Positions 27,497 through 36,986 are shown, counted from the first letter of the stretch. The stretch: 64,000 bases of DNA from an uncultured Dehalococcoidia bacterium (GCA_964347975.1 CAYGAY010000008.1:35283-99282), one strand, 5' to 3'. Numbers and translations: made by a program. Notes: generated from the letters alone by a model not told the origin.

Positions 27497-29263
27497 ATGC
27501 CAGACTTGATGGGGCCATACACCGCAATCCGCAATGAATTCAACTTGCCCGTAACGATGCGCGACGGCGTCACCCTGCATGCCGACGTATATCGACCTGA
27601 CGTAGCGGAACCGTTCCCGGCACTGCTCCAGCGCACGCCCTACGACAAGTCCCAAGGGCGGACCGGAAGCCTGGACGTCATACGCGCGGCTTCCCACGGA
27701 TATGCCGTGGTGATTCAGGACACCCGAGGCCGCTACACCTCCGAGGGAGAGTTCTATCCGTTCCTGGACGAGCCTGACGACGGCTACGACACGGTGGCCT
27801 GGTGCGCCGATCAGCCCTGGAGTTCGGGCAAGGTAGGAATGTTCGGGCGTTCCTACGTGGGAGCGACCCAGTGGTTATGCGCTATCACCAATCCTCCAGC
27901 CTTGACGTGCATCGCTCCCGGCATCACGGCCTCGGACTATTACGAGGGCTGGACCTATCAGGGCGGCGCGCTGGCCTGGGGCTTTGCCCTGTCCTGGACG
28001 ATGCGGCAACTCACCATGGCCAACATGGATGCCATTGGCCGCCGCCATGAGGTGCCCGACGGGACCCGCGGCGCGCTGCTGGCCGCGTTCAACGAACTGG
28101 ACTGTACCTTCCGGCACCAGCCCGTTGTGGACTTGCCTCATCTCAAGGAGCCGTTGGCCGGCTATCTCTACGACTGGATTCGCCACTCGTCCAGCGATGA
28201 CTATTGGAAACGCTGGCGCATCGAAGAGCATTATCCGCACATCACCACGCCGGCGTTGCACATGGGCGGCTGGCACGATATTTTCCTGCTGGGAACCCTG
28301 CGAAACTTCGTCGGTATGCGCGCCCAGGCGGAGGACGCCACGGCGCGAGACGGGCAGCGGCTTATCGTCGGCCCCTGGCACCACGGGCCCTTTGGAGAAA
28401 CTTCCGGCGAGTTCTTTTTCGGGTTGGGCGCCGCCGGACCGGCCATTGACACCGACGGCATCCAGTTGCGCTGGTTTGATCATTGGCTGAAGGACCAACA
28501 AAACGGCACCGATCCGGATCCGGAAAAGATCGGCCCGCCGGTGCGCATTTTCGTGATGGGAGCGAACGAGTGGCGCGATGAGCAGGAATGGCCCCTGGCG
28601 CGAGCGCAGTACGCGGACTACTACCTCCACAGCGGCGGGAAAGCCAACACCTCATCTGGAGACGGGTCTCTGTCCGTGGATGCGCCCCGGGATGAAGCGC
28701 CGGACGTGTTCCTCTACGATCCCCGTGATCCGGTACCTACCAGGGGAGGCCCTCTCTGTTGCGGCCCGGTCTTTGTGCCGGGCGGCGCATACGACCAGCA
28801 GGAAATAGAAACCCGCAACGACGTGCTGTGTTACACAACGCCAGCCCTGTCTGATGACCTGGAAGTCACCGGACCAGTTACGGTGACCCTGTTTGCAAGC
28901 ACCACGGCGGCTGATACAGACTTCACGGCCAAACTGGTGGACGTGGAACCGTGTGGAGCGGCCCGCAGCCTTTCCGACGGGATTATCCGGGGCCGTTACC
29001 GACTCGGCACCGACGCGGCTCGACCGGCGAACCCGGGAGAAGTCGCAGAGTACACCATCGACCTGGTGGCAACCAGCAACGTGTTCAAGGCGGGCCATCG
29101 TATCCGGTTGGAAATCAGCAGCAGCAACTTCCCTCGTTTCGACCGCAACTTCAACACCAGCGCCGACCCGTGGTCGGCAACCGAGTGCGTTCCTGCCATC
29201 CAGACTGTTCACCACGATGGGCAATATTCTTCACGGGTACGTTTGCCCGTCATCCCGGCGTAG
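27497..29263 (+). CDS. CocE/NonD-family hydrolase (S15 X-Pro dipeptidyl-peptidase-like)
   Basis: RDGVTLHADVYRP, QDTRGRYTSEGEF, GMFGRSYVGATQ (nucleophile elbow), and a C-terminal jelly-roll region with IRLEISSSNFPRFDRN. ATG 27497 follows GGGAGGTG. Confidence 0.85.
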   Translation: MPDLMGPYTAIRNEFNLPVTMRDGVTLHADVYRPDVAEPFPALLQRTPYDKSQGRTGSLDVIRAASHGYAVVIQDTRGRYTSEGEFYPFLDEPDDGYDTVAWCADQPWSSGKVGMFGRSYVGATQWLCAITNPPALTCIAPGITASDYYEGWTYQGGALAWGFALSWTMRQLTMANMDAIGRRHEVPDGTRGALLAAFNELDCTFRHQPVVDLPHLKEPLAGYLYDWIRHSSSDDYWKRWRIEEHYPHITTPALHMGGWHDIFLLGTLRNFVGMRAQAEDATARDGQRLIVGPWHHGPFGETSGEFFFGLGAAGPAIDTDGIQLRWFDHWLKDQQNGTDPDPEKIGPPVRIFVMGANEWRDEQEWPLARAQYADYYLHSGGKANTSSGDGSLSVDAPRDEAPDVFLYDPRDPVPTRGGPLCCGPVFVPGGAYDQQEIETRNDVLCYTTPALSDDLEVTGPVTVTLFASTTAADTDFTAKLVDVEPCGAARSLSDGIIRGRYRLGTDAARPANPGEVAEYTIDLVATSNVFKAGHRIRLEISSSNFPRFDRNFNTSADPWSATECVPAIQTVHHDGQYSSRVRLPVIPA

Positions 29264-29406
29264 CCGTGGCCCGGTACGGCTGTCTGGCGCTGGCGGTAAT
29301 CGTCGCCACAGCGCTGCTGTTTTTTATCGTGTACCTGTGGTCGGGATGGCTGAACCGCCCCGTGGGGCACAGCCCGCCGGTGGCGGCGAACGGCGCGGCT
29401 GTCGAG

Positions 29407-29435
29407 TTGCGTCTTGACAACCGGATTGCTACAAT
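29407..29435 (+). promoter_or_regulatory. Sigma70-like promoter of tRNA-Trp
   Basis: TTGCGT, N17, TACAAT, ending 10 nt before the mature 5' end. Confidence 0.5.
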
Positions 29436-29445
29436 AGTAGGCCAT

Positions 29446-29519
29446 ACCGGCGTGGTGTAATGGTAACGCATCGGTCTCCAAAACCGAAAATGTGGGTTCG
29501 ATTCCTGCCGCCGGTGCCA
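29446..29519 (+). tRNA. tRNA-Trp (anticodon CCA)
   Basis: Hand-folded. Acceptor ACCGGCG/CGCCGGT. D stem GTGT/ACGC. Anticodon stem TCGGT/ACCGA with loop CTCCAAA. T arm GTGGG-TTCGATT-CCTGC. Encoded 3' GCCA. 74 nt. Confidence 0.9.
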
Positions 29520-29523
29520 CTTC

Positions 29524-29548
29524 ATCCCTGATTTGAGCAGGGATTTTT
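29524..29548 (+). terminator. Terminator after tRNA-Trp
   Basis: ATCCCTG-ATTTGAG-CAGGGAT followed by TTTTT. Confidence 0.7.
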
Positions 29549-29803
29549 AGGCGTTCCGGCAGTCTTCCGGATCCCACCTGTCCGGCGATTTCCCCCGGTC
29601 ATAGATTTTCGCCCGATCTTCATACGGGGCGCCGCGCCGGGATGCCAGCGAAGATCAGACTGCCTTCCGCCGTCAGTGCCCTGCGGCATTCCCTTATCCA
29701 ACGAAGTCGCGTAGTTTCGGGGCAGAACCATGTACAGTATCGGACATCAGGAAGGGCAACCGGGCCGCCACCGGCAGCGTACCCACACGGAGGACAGCAG
29801 GCA

Positions 29804-30268
29804 ATGAGTTTGGAGGACATCGAACGCAGGCTCCGCGCCTTGGAAGACGTTGAGGAGATCAAGCGGCTCAAAGCACTTTACTGCACCTACTGCGACGACA
29901 ATTACCGCGCCGATAAGATCGCCAGCCTGTTCGTTGAGGACGCGGTTTGGGACGGCGGCATAAGGGGCCGGGCAGAAGGACGAGACGGCATCCGCGAGTT
30001 TTTCGTCAACGCTTCGAACCGGCTGCCTTTCGCCATTCACATGGTCATGAACCCCATCATCGAGGTTGACGGGGACACCGCCACCGGCATCTGGTACCTG
30101 TTTCAGGCGTGTACTTACGCCGACGGCGACCGGGCGGTTTGGGGTTCGGCGAGGTACGACGAAGAGTACGTGAGGGTAGATGGCGTCTGGATGTTCAAGC
30201 GCCTGAAATTGACGTCCCATTTCTGGACCCCCTTCGATGAAGGGTGGGCCAAAGCTCAGTTCGTGTAG
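29804..30268 (+). CDS. SnoaL-like / NTF2-fold protein (154 aa)
   Basis: MSLEDIERRLRALEDVEEIKRLKALYCTYCDD...W.DGG...G.DGIREFF, pattern of SnoaL_4-type proteins. SD GGAGG. Confidence 0.7.
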   Translation: MSLEDIERRLRALEDVEEIKRLKALYCTYCDDNYRADKIASLFVEDAVWDGGIRGRAEGRDGIREFFVNASNRLPFAIHMVMNPIIEVDGDTATGIWYLFQACTYADGDRAVWGSARYDEEYVRVDGVWMFKRLKLTSHFWTPFDEGWAKAQFV

Positions 30269-30306
30269 GATGGAGTCGGACCCGGTTATCTTGCGGACGG
30301 TGCAGT

Positions 30307-31824
30307 ATGCGTACAGGAGCTGATTACAAAGAGAGTTTGCGCGATGGCCGCGACGTGTGGGTCCTGGGCGAGGGCGCCGTGGCGGACGTAACTACGCACC
30401 CGGCCACGTCGGGCATGGTAGGGGAGTATGTGGCGTGGTATGACCGCCACTTCGACGCCGATTGGCAGGATATTCTCCTGACCGATCCGGATGACAGCGG
30501 CGAACGGCGTCCCTGGGCGCTCACTCCTCCAAAAACGCCCGATGAACTGAGACGCTTAGGGAAAGAGATCAGCGCCGTCCATTTCGTGACCGGTGGGAAC
30601 ATGACCCACACCCCGGGTTACGGCGCATTCATTTCTCTGGGGTTGTTGAATGTCATGAAGCGTCTGGAGCACTCCTCTGAAGATATTCAGAAGGCCGAGG
30701 AGTACCGGGAATATATATCCCGGAGCGGCCGGTTTCTCACCTACGCCGGCGGCGGCCCGCTGATCGGCGCTCGGCTCCGACCGGACGAGAGCGAGCGGGT
30801 GGCGCTCCGTCTGGTTAGCGAAACCGCCGACGGCATCGTGATAAGCGGCAAAATCCAGATGCACACCAGCACCCCTTTCGCAGAAGATCTGCTGATCAGC
30901 ACCCGGAATGATATGCCGCCCGGCAGCGGGCGGCACTTGTGGTTTGTAGTTCCCGTGAACGCGCCCGGCCTGCGAGTGGTGTCGCGCCGAATGGCTGCCA
31001 GGCACAATAATTCGTTCCTGTCGCCACTGAGCAGCCGTTTTGATGAACTGGATTCCATGGTGTGGCTGGAGGACGTTTTCATTCCCCGCTCTCGCGTTTT
31101 CACCGGGGAACCCCCGGAACGAAACCGGCGCCAATCGCTGGTGTGCTGGATGCTCTGGCATCACTGCTACGGCTGGCTGGCCAAAGCCGAACTGAGTTTG
31201 GGTATCGCCCTGGCCTTGGCTGAAATCATGGGCCTCAAGTCCAATCCTCAGACTGTTGAGCAGCTATCCGAGATGACCGTCAACGTCCAGACCACGCGCA
31301 CTTGTCTCACGGCGGCGGAACTGGACACGGAGCCGACGGCCAGCGGGTATATCCTGCCCAACCAGCTTCACGTGGCCGCGGCGGGGGTGAATATTCTCAA
31401 GGTGCGCCAGCGTATGGGCGAGTTGCTGCGGAGCCTTCCTGGTTCCTCCTTGATTAACGCACCTGCCGATACCGACTTCGCTGACCCCAAAATGGCTGCC
31501 GAGCTGGAAGATTCCTTTGGCGGCGGCGGCTACACAGCGATGCAACGGGCGGCGCTGCTGCAACTGGCCTGGGACCAGGTTTCGTCGAGTTTAGACGGGA
31601 GAGAGGCAGCCTTTGAGATGCACGCCAGCGGCGGTTTGGACGCATGGCGCAGCCAAGTGGCATCCTGGTTTGACCGCTATAACGAGTTGGCAAATGGCGT
31701 ACACCAGTTTGTCCGGACGGACCTGCCATCTATGGACCTCTCCGGCTTGCAAGAGGCGGCGGGGCCGCCCCGTCGAATCCCCCAAGTCAACGCTCAGACG
31801 CTCAACCCCCAGGCCGCAAATTAA
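30307..31824 (+). CDS. 4-hydroxyphenylacetate 3-hydroxylase (HpaB) family flavin-dependent monooxygenase component
   Basis: MRTGADYKESLRDGRDVWVLGE...THPA N-terminus typical of the HpaB/4-hydroxybutyryl-CoA dehydratase family. 505 aa. Confidence 0.75.
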   Translation: MRTGADYKESLRDGRDVWVLGEGAVADVTTHPATSGMVGEYVAWYDRHFDADWQDILLTDPDDSGERRPWALTPPKTPDELRRLGKEISAVHFVTGGNMTHTPGYGAFISLGLLNVMKRLEHSSEDIQKAEEYREYISRSGRFLTYAGGGPLIGARLRPDESERVALRLVSETADGIVISGKIQMHTSTPFAEDLLISTRNDMPPGSGRHLWFVVPVNAPGLRVVSRRMAARHNNSFLSPLSSRFDELDSMVWLEDVFIPRSRVFTGEPPERNRRQSLVCWMLWHHCYGWLAKAELSLGIALALAEIMGLKSNPQTVEQLSEMTVNVQTTRTCLTAAELDTEPTASGYILPNQLHVAAAGVNILKVRQRMGELLRSLPGSSLINAPADTDFADPKMAAELEDSFGGGGYTAMQRAALLQLAWDQVSSSLDGREAAFEMHASGGLDAWRSQVASWFDRYNELANGVHQFVRTDLPSMDLSGLQEAAGPPRRIPQVNAQTLNPQAAN

Positions 31825-31859
31825 CGGCAAGGAAGGATTCTAAGGCCGGCAGGTGGCAT

Positions 31860-32642
31860 ATGGGTCAGATGGACGGAATGGTTGCTATCGTCACCGGCGC
31901 CAGCCGGGGACTGGGGCGAGCCATTGCCAGGGAATACGCCAGGGAAGGCGCGAGCGTGGTCATCTGCGCCCGGAGCCCATCCCCAACCGGGTTGACCGGG
32001 ACACTGGACGAAACGGCGAACGACATCAGGAACGCCGGCGGGGATGTCCTGGCAATATCCTGTGACGTTACCAATGCGGATGAGGTCAACCAAATGGTCC
32101 GCCGAGCGTCCGATCGATACGGCAAGATTGACGTGCTGTTCAACAACGCCGGCGCCATGGTGCTGGGTGAGACGATTATGGAAATTGACCCTGTCCGTTG
32201 GGACCAACTGATGCGGGTCAACGTGAGCGGGCCGTATCTTTGCAGCCGAGCCGTGCTTCCGATCATGATGGAGCAGCAGCGGGGCAGCATCATCAACATC
32301 GGCTCAAGAATGGCCACCGATCCCAACCAGGGCGGCGGCGTCCTCTACAGCGCCAGCAAGGCCGCGGTTCATATGTTCACCTACTGCCTGGCCGACGAGG
32401 TGAAAGACTACAACATCGCTGTCAACGTTCTCAGCCCCGGCGCGCTGCGCAGCGAGGGATCCGCTGCAATCCCGTGGACGCAACGGGATTGGCACGAGCG
32501 CGTAGATCCGAGCGTAGTGGGGCCTTGCGCCGTGTATCTGGCGCTGCAGGACGCCAGCACATTTACCGGCCAATTGGCATTTCGCGCGGACTTCGGCACA
32601 ACTTGGGGCCCGGGCGTCGCGGACGGATCGACCGCATCGTGA
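31860..32642 (+). CDS. SDR-family oxidoreductase
   Basis: VTGASRGLGRAIA (TGxxxGxG), NNAG, YSASKAAV (YxxxK). Confidence 0.88.
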   Translation: MGQMDGMVAIVTGASRGLGRAIAREYAREGASVVICARSPSPTGLTGTLDETANDIRNAGGDVLAISCDVTNADEVNQMVRRASDRYGKIDVLFNNAGAMVLGETIMEIDPVRWDQLMRVNVSGPYLCSRAVLPIMMEQQRGSIINIGSRMATDPNQGGGVLYSASKAAVHMFTYCLADEVKDYNIAVNVLSPGALRSEGSAAIPWTQRDWHERVDPSVVGPCAVYLALQDASTFTGQLAFRADFGTTWGPGVADGSTAS

Positions 32643-32740
32643 ACTGAGACAGATGGCTAACCACCGGCCAACCGCTGGGGTCGCTTCATGTGGATCTACG
32701 GTGAGGAGCCGGTCTCGGCATTCATGGCTCTGACACCGGA

Positions 32741-32776
32741 AACAAAATCAGGCTGGACCACATATGGTTCCAGCCT
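32741..32776 (-). terminator. Terminator after tRNA-Gly
   Basis: Minus strand AGGCTGGAACC-ATATG-TGGTCCAGCCT followed by GATTTTGTTT. Confidence 0.65.
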
Positions 32777-32791
32777 TTCATGCGGCGTAGT

Positions 32792-32866
32792 TGGAGCGGA
32801 AGACGGGATTCGAACCCGCGACCTTCTCCTTGGCAAGGAGACGCTCTACCACTGAGCCACTTCCGC
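32792..32866 (-). tRNA. tRNA-Gly (anticodon GCC)
   Basis: GCGGAAGTGGCTCAGTGGTAGAGCGTCTCCTTGCCAAGGAGAAGGTCGCGGGTTCGAATCCCGTCTTCCGCTCCA. All four stems pair, 75 nt, encoded CCA. Confidence 0.93.
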
Positions 32867-32927
32867 AGAGACTACCGTGTAGTTAGATTAACACAAAGGG
32901 TGGCGCCCTGTAAAGTAAGTCGGCCCG

Positions 32928-33098
32928 CTCATGCGTACCCACTTTGTCATTGCGAGCGTAGCGTGGCAATCTCGCCGGCGTAGCAATGGCCGTTCCGTCG
33001 AGGCTCTCGCAACAGAAAGCGACGACCGCCGGAACGAGATTCCATCGCCCGCCGGCGGCGGTCGTGGAATGACCGGTTAAAGTGGGTACGTATGAGAG
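32928..33098 (+). repeat. MITE-like composite intergenic repeat, copy M2
   Basis: Terminal inverted repeats CTCATGCGTACCCACTTTGTCATT / AATGACCGGTTAAAGTGGGTACGTATGAG. Internal GTCATTGCGAGCG...CGTGGAATGAC hairpin modules (translate to the familiar ARNDK-type junk peptides). Confidence 0.8.
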
Positions 33099-33110
33099 TC
33101 GCCCGCCGTG

Positions 33111-33140
33111 GGTAGCGTTGCAATTTAGGTGGTTTAATTT
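33111..33140 (+). repeat. Solo copy of 30-nt IS terminal repeat (copy D)
   Basis: GGTAGCGTTGCAATTTAGGTGGTTTAATTT, 12 bp from the end of M2. No transposase follows. Confidence 0.7.
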
Positions 33141-33146
33141 CTCGTC

Positions 33147-33167
33147 ATTCCGGACTTGACCCGGAAT
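33147..33167. repeat. REP hairpin ATTCCGG-ACTTGAC-CCGGAAT
   Basis: Perfect 7-bp stem inside GTCATTCCGGACTTGACCCGGAATCCGGAAGC. Confidence 0.5.
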
Positions 33168-33219
33168 CCGGAAGCGTTTCCAAACTGCGGCAGCGCAACA
33201 GTCAAGTTCGAACGTGCCT

Positions 33220-33885
33220 TCAGGTAACGTCCTGCGGGGTTGGAGCAACTTGATCTGCAATCTGGGCAGGCGGCGGGGCGCCGCGCCGCTGTTGAGGCCG
33301 GCTGGCTTCCGCTTCGGCGGCGAGCTTCGCTAATATGAGATTAGCGAGTTCCCGCCGCATGGGCGCCGCGTCCAGATCGCAGCCGGCAAATGGGTCAAAG
33401 CCAGGCGAGATTGCGTCCATCATCTGACGAACCCGGGTGCTCCCGTGACGCGAGCCCACCAGCATCCTTATGGATTGGGCGTCCCGCCGGATGGGAGCGT
33501 CTTCATCTTCCTCGCGTTCCAGCGCATCGTCCAGGTCGTCCTCGTAATCCATGCGATCAACCACGCTCAGCGAGGTGTTGGCCTCGCGAAGAAAGGTATC
33601 AACCTCCCGAAGCGCGCGGGCGAACTGGTTCACGAGGTCGGCGGCGGTGGCGATCAAGTCAGGTAGATTCCGCTGGGCATCACCGGCAGCGGCCACGGCT
33701 TGCCGGGCGCGCTCGAGACCCTCTTGCCGGTGTCGGTTGCGCTCTTCCCGCCGTTGCAGCAGCGTGAACTGCTCTCTGAGGGAAGGCGCTTCCAATGCCA
33801 GGGTTTCCAGTCGCTCCATGTAATTGACGGCTTCTTCGGCTTTGCGCAATCGCTGGGCTAATTCCTGCGAACGTTCGTCGGGCAT
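33220..33885 (-). CDS. Hypothetical coiled-coil/acidic protein (221 aa)
   Basis: Charged heptad-like N-terminal half (ELAQRLRKAEEAVNYMERLETLALE...). No family motif recognised. Confidence 0.45.
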   Translation of the reverse strand: MPDERSQELAQRLRKAEEAVNYMERLETLALEAPSLREQFTLLQRREERNRHRQEGLERARQAVAAAGDAQRNLPDLIATAADLVNQFARALREVDTFLREANTSLSVVDRMDYEDDLDDALEREEDEDAPIRRDAQSIRMLVGSRHGSTRVRQMMDAISPGFDPFAGCDLDAAPMRRELANLILAKLAAEAEASRPQQRRGAPPPAQIADQVAPTPQDVT

Positions 33886-34107
33886 CTTGCGTTCCTACTC
33901 CCGTTGTCTGTTGTTGGGCTTGCCCATACCAGGGGCTGGCATTTGAACATGGACCGAGACGGCGACGAGTTATGCAATGCAAACGGGCGAGAGCCGCCGT
34001 CCCCGGTATTGGGTTGTTTATAGCAGAGGGCAAGCCGGCAGCGGATTCGGAACGGTTGACATGTTTGGCGAATTTTTGGAAATACGCTCAGGCAGCAGAT
34101 CCTACAA

Positions 34108-34137
34108 TTGGCAACACTTGCCGGTGAACGGTATAAT
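34108..34137 (+). promoter_or_regulatory. Sigma70-like promoter of ilvE
   Basis: TTGGCA, N18, TATAAT. The in-frame ATG 34136 lies inside the -10 box, which argues for the GTG 34169 start. Confidence 0.5.
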
Positions 34138-34168
34138 GCGTGGAAATCTTTCCTCCAGGGGGCATTAC

Positions 34169-35137
34169 GTGACTACCAATGGCCAGGCTTCCTTCGATTC
34201 CAACCAGCTGCAAGTGTTTTTCCGCGGGCAGTTCGTACCGGCAAGTGAAGCCAAAGTAAGCGTAATGACCCACGCCCTCCACTACGGCACGGGCGTATTT
34301 GAGGGGATTCGAGGCAACTGGAACGCCGAGCAAGGCGCCATTAACATCTTCCGGATGCGCGAGCATTACCAGCGCTTGCTGGACGGTTGCCGCATCCTGA
34401 TGATGGACATCCCCTACTCCGCCGACGACCTCTGCAACATCACCGTAGAGTTGGTGGAGCGCAACCGGCACAACTCGGACATTTACATCCGACCGCTGGC
34501 CTACAAGAGCGAGGAGCTGGTCGCCAACCTGAAACTGCAAGAGTTGTCGTCTGACTTCACCCTGATCACCGTGCCCTTCGGCAACTACCTGGGCAGCGAC
34601 CGGCTGCGCTGCTGCACTTCGTCTTGGCGGCGAGTGGACGACCCTATGATCCCGGCGCGCATCAAGGCATGCGGCATCTACGTCAACAGCATCCTCGCCA
34701 AAACCGAAGCGACGCTCAGTGGGTTTGACGAGGCCATCTTGCTCAACCACGACGGCCACGTGTCGGAAGGTTCCGGGGAAAATCTCTTCATGATCAAGGA
34801 CGGACGCATATACACGCCCGGCCTGGAGGACAACGCCCTGGGCGGCATCACCCGCGACACGGTGATGCAGTTAGCCGGCGCTGAGCTGGGCCTGGATATT
34901 GAGATGCGCACCATTGACCGCAGCGAGTTGTACCTGGCGGATGAGGTATTTCTCAGCGGCACGGCCGCCCACCTGACCCCGGTGATTGAGCTGGATTGTC
35001 GTCCCATCGCCGACGGGCAGCCCGGTCCCATTTCCAGCGAACTGCAACGGATGTACTTCGACATCGTGGTAGGCAACAACCCCAAGTACCGCCACTGGTG
35101 CACTCCGGTAAAGACCGCCGGCCTGGTGCCAGCCTAG
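34169..35137 (+). CDS. ilvE: Branched-chain-amino-acid aminotransferase
   Basis: THALHYGTGVFEGIRGNW, YIRPLAY, the KA.G.Y.NS motif, and ILLNHDGHVSEGSGENLF. Confidence 0.88.
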   Translation: MTTNGQASFDSNQLQVFFRGQFVPASEAKVSVMTHALHYGTGVFEGIRGNWNAEQGAINIFRMREHYQRLLDGCRILMMDIPYSADDLCNITVELVERNRHNSDIYIRPLAYKSEELVANLKLQELSSDFTLITVPFGNYLGSDRLRCCTSSWRRVDDPMIPARIKACGIYVNSILAKTEATLSGFDEAILLNHDGHVSEGSGENLFMIKDGRIYTPGLEDNALGGITRDTVMQLAGAELGLDIEMRTIDRSELYLADEVFLSGTAAHLTPVIELDCRPIADGQPGPISSELQRMYFDIVVGNNPKYRHWCTPVKTAGLVPA

Positions 35138-35179
35138 CCGAAACCATCACGGCCGAAACCATCACGTCGGAGGAGCGCG

Positions 35180-35851
35180 ATGCTCTGGCTGTCCAGCGCG
35201 GCGGTCCTGTTGGGCTACCTGCTGGGCAGCATCCCCACGGCCTACCTGGTCGTGCGGTGGGTCACCAAAGGCGCGGTTGACATCCGCCGGGCCGGCGACG
35301 GCAACGCCGGCGCCAACAACGTGAACCGCATCTGTGGGCGCTGGTGGGCAATTGCGGTTGCCGCCCTGGACATCGCCAAAGGCGTGGTGGCGGTATTAAT
35401 CTTCAACCTGCTGTCCAATCTGGCAAGTTCTACGCCGGCTGGCAATCATTTTTCTTTGCCTGGCCCGTTGGTCCCGGCCTTTGCTTTAGCGCCGGCGGGG
35501 ATGCTGGCGGGCGGCGCGGCCATGGCCGGGCAAATCTGGCCGGTGTGGCTGAAGTTTCACGGCGGGCGCGGGGCAGCTACCGCTTTGGGCGTCACCGGGG
35601 CGGCCCTCCCGGTGCCCGTGCTGCTGTTGGCTCTGCCCTGCGTCGCGCTGCTGTGGCTCACCAGGAGCACGATAATTGCGCTGCCCTTTATTTATCTCTC
35701 GTCGGCAGCGCTGGCCTGGGCGATTTTCGGGGTCGGATGGGGAACCATCGGCTATTGCCTGGGCGCTTTTATTGCGGTGGGAGCCGTGCATTTCTGGGGT
35801 GTGCGAGCGCGTCGCCCGGATAACGGATCCCTTGCCGGAAGCGGACGCTGA
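35180..35851 (+). CDS. plsY: Glycerol-3-phosphate acyltransferase PlsY
   Basis: GYLLGSIPTAYLV...GDGNAGANNV...DIAKG...WPVWLKFHGGRGAATALG. Confidence 0.88.
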   Translation: MLWLSSAAVLLGYLLGSIPTAYLVVRWVTKGAVDIRRAGDGNAGANNVNRICGRWWAIAVAALDIAKGVVAVLIFNLLSNLASSTPAGNHFSLPGPLVPAFALAPAGMLAGGAAMAGQIWPVWLKFHGGRGAATALGVTGAALPVPVLLLALPCVALLWLTRSTIIALPFIYLSSAALAWAIFGVGWGTIGYCLGAFIAVGAVHFWGVRARRPDNGSLAGSGR

Positions 35852-35854
35852 AAG

Positions 35855-36754
35855 TTATCCGGTCGTGGCCAGCAGCGCTGTCCCGGCGACGATCATCACG
35901 ATGGCGGCGAACTTTCCCGCCAGCGCTGCGGGACGCATCGATTCCTGGAGGATCCCGAGCGCGCGCCAACTCAGCAATGTACCCACCACGAAAACGAAAA
36001 GGGGGCGCGTTGCCAGTATGGCCGCCGCCAGCGACACCGGTCCAAAGTGGAAGGACCAGAGGAACAGCGCTATAGCCAACTGTGGCAGCAGACCCTCGCC
36101 CACCAGGAACGTCGCCAACGCCGGCGGGGTGCGCAGGCCATCGCGGAGCTGTCGCCAGTTGTTGGGATGACCGAATACGGCGAAGACCGGAACCATGCCC
36201 AGTTCCTGCAAGCCGAACACCTCCCACGGCGTCAGGTCGTCCAGCACGAACTTCGCCAGGAAGAACGACAGGCCCAGGGTAACCGAACTGCCCGCCAGGA
36301 CCGTTAGCCCCGGCGTCAATCGGTAAAGTCGCCGTCCCAATCCCTCTATGGAGACCAGGGCCGCCCCGCAGATTACCAGCGCGATAGCGGCCCACTGCCA
36401 GGGTGACACCGTTTCTCCCAGGATTGCCAGCGCGAGCAACGCCACCAGTATTGGGTTGGTCTGGCTAATCGCAACCGCGCGGGAAGCCTCGCCCAGCTTC
36501 AACCCCAGAAACAGCAACGCCAGCCCGGCGCCGAGGCTGACGCCGGACAGCAGCCCCACCAGTATCGACTGCGGCGGCGCGTCCGTGGGCCAACCCACCG
36601 CCGCCAGCACGATGACGGCGCAGGTCAACCGGGTCAGAATGGAACCGGCGCCCAGGACGCTCACACCGGGAAGATAATTGTCCAGCAACCTCTTGTGAGC
36701 GATGTTCGCCAGGCCCAACGAGGCCGCGCTGCAAATGGCGAGCAAAATCCACAC
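35855..36754 (-). CDS. DMT-superfamily (EamA-type) transporter
   Basis: About 10 hydrophobic helices in two similar halves. 299 aa. Confidence 0.7.
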   Translation of the reverse strand: MWILLAICSAASLGLANIAHKRLLDNYLPGVSVLGAGSILTRLTCAVIVLAAVGWPTDAPPQSILVGLLSGVSLGAGLALLFLGLKLGEASRAVAISQTNPILVALLALAILGETVSPWQWAAIALVICGAALVSIEGLGRRLYRLTPGLTVLAGSSVTLGLSFFLAKFVLDDLTPWEVFGLQELGMVPVFAVFGHPNNWRQLRDGLRTPPALATFLVGEGLLPQLAIALFLWSFHFGPVSLAAAILATRPLFVFVVGTLLSWRALGILQESMRPAALAGKFAAIVMIVAGTALLATTG

Positions 36755-36807
36755 GAGCGCAGGATACCAGACCCGGCCCGGCCCGACATAAGAGACAATC
36801 CGCCGCT

Positions 36808-36975
36808 AACGTATACCCGCTTTGTCATTGCGAGCGCAGCGCGGCAATCTCGTCGGCGTAGCAATGGCCGCTCCGGCAAGACTCTCTCAGCCGGCGGCAG
36901 CCACCGCCGGAACGAGATCCCATCGCCCGCCTACGGCGAGCGTGGAATGACAAGTTAGAGTGGGTACGCATGAGA
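36808..36975 (+). repeat. MITE-like composite intergenic repeat, copy M3
   Basis: AACGTATACCCGCTTTGTCATTGCGAGCGCAGCGCGGCAATCTCG...CGTGGAATGACAAGTTAGAGTGGGTACGCATGAG. Collinear with M2. Confidence 0.8.
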
Positions 36976-36986
36976 ATCGACCGCTA

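Noticed and set aside
29266-29460. Possible 64-aa membrane micro-protein (VARYGCLALAVIVATALLFFIVYLW...) after the CocE-family gene
   Set aside because: It has one convincing TM-like helix, but its 3' third overlaps the tRNA-Trp promoter and the first 15 nt of the tRNA itself. It cannot be supported without conservation or expression data.
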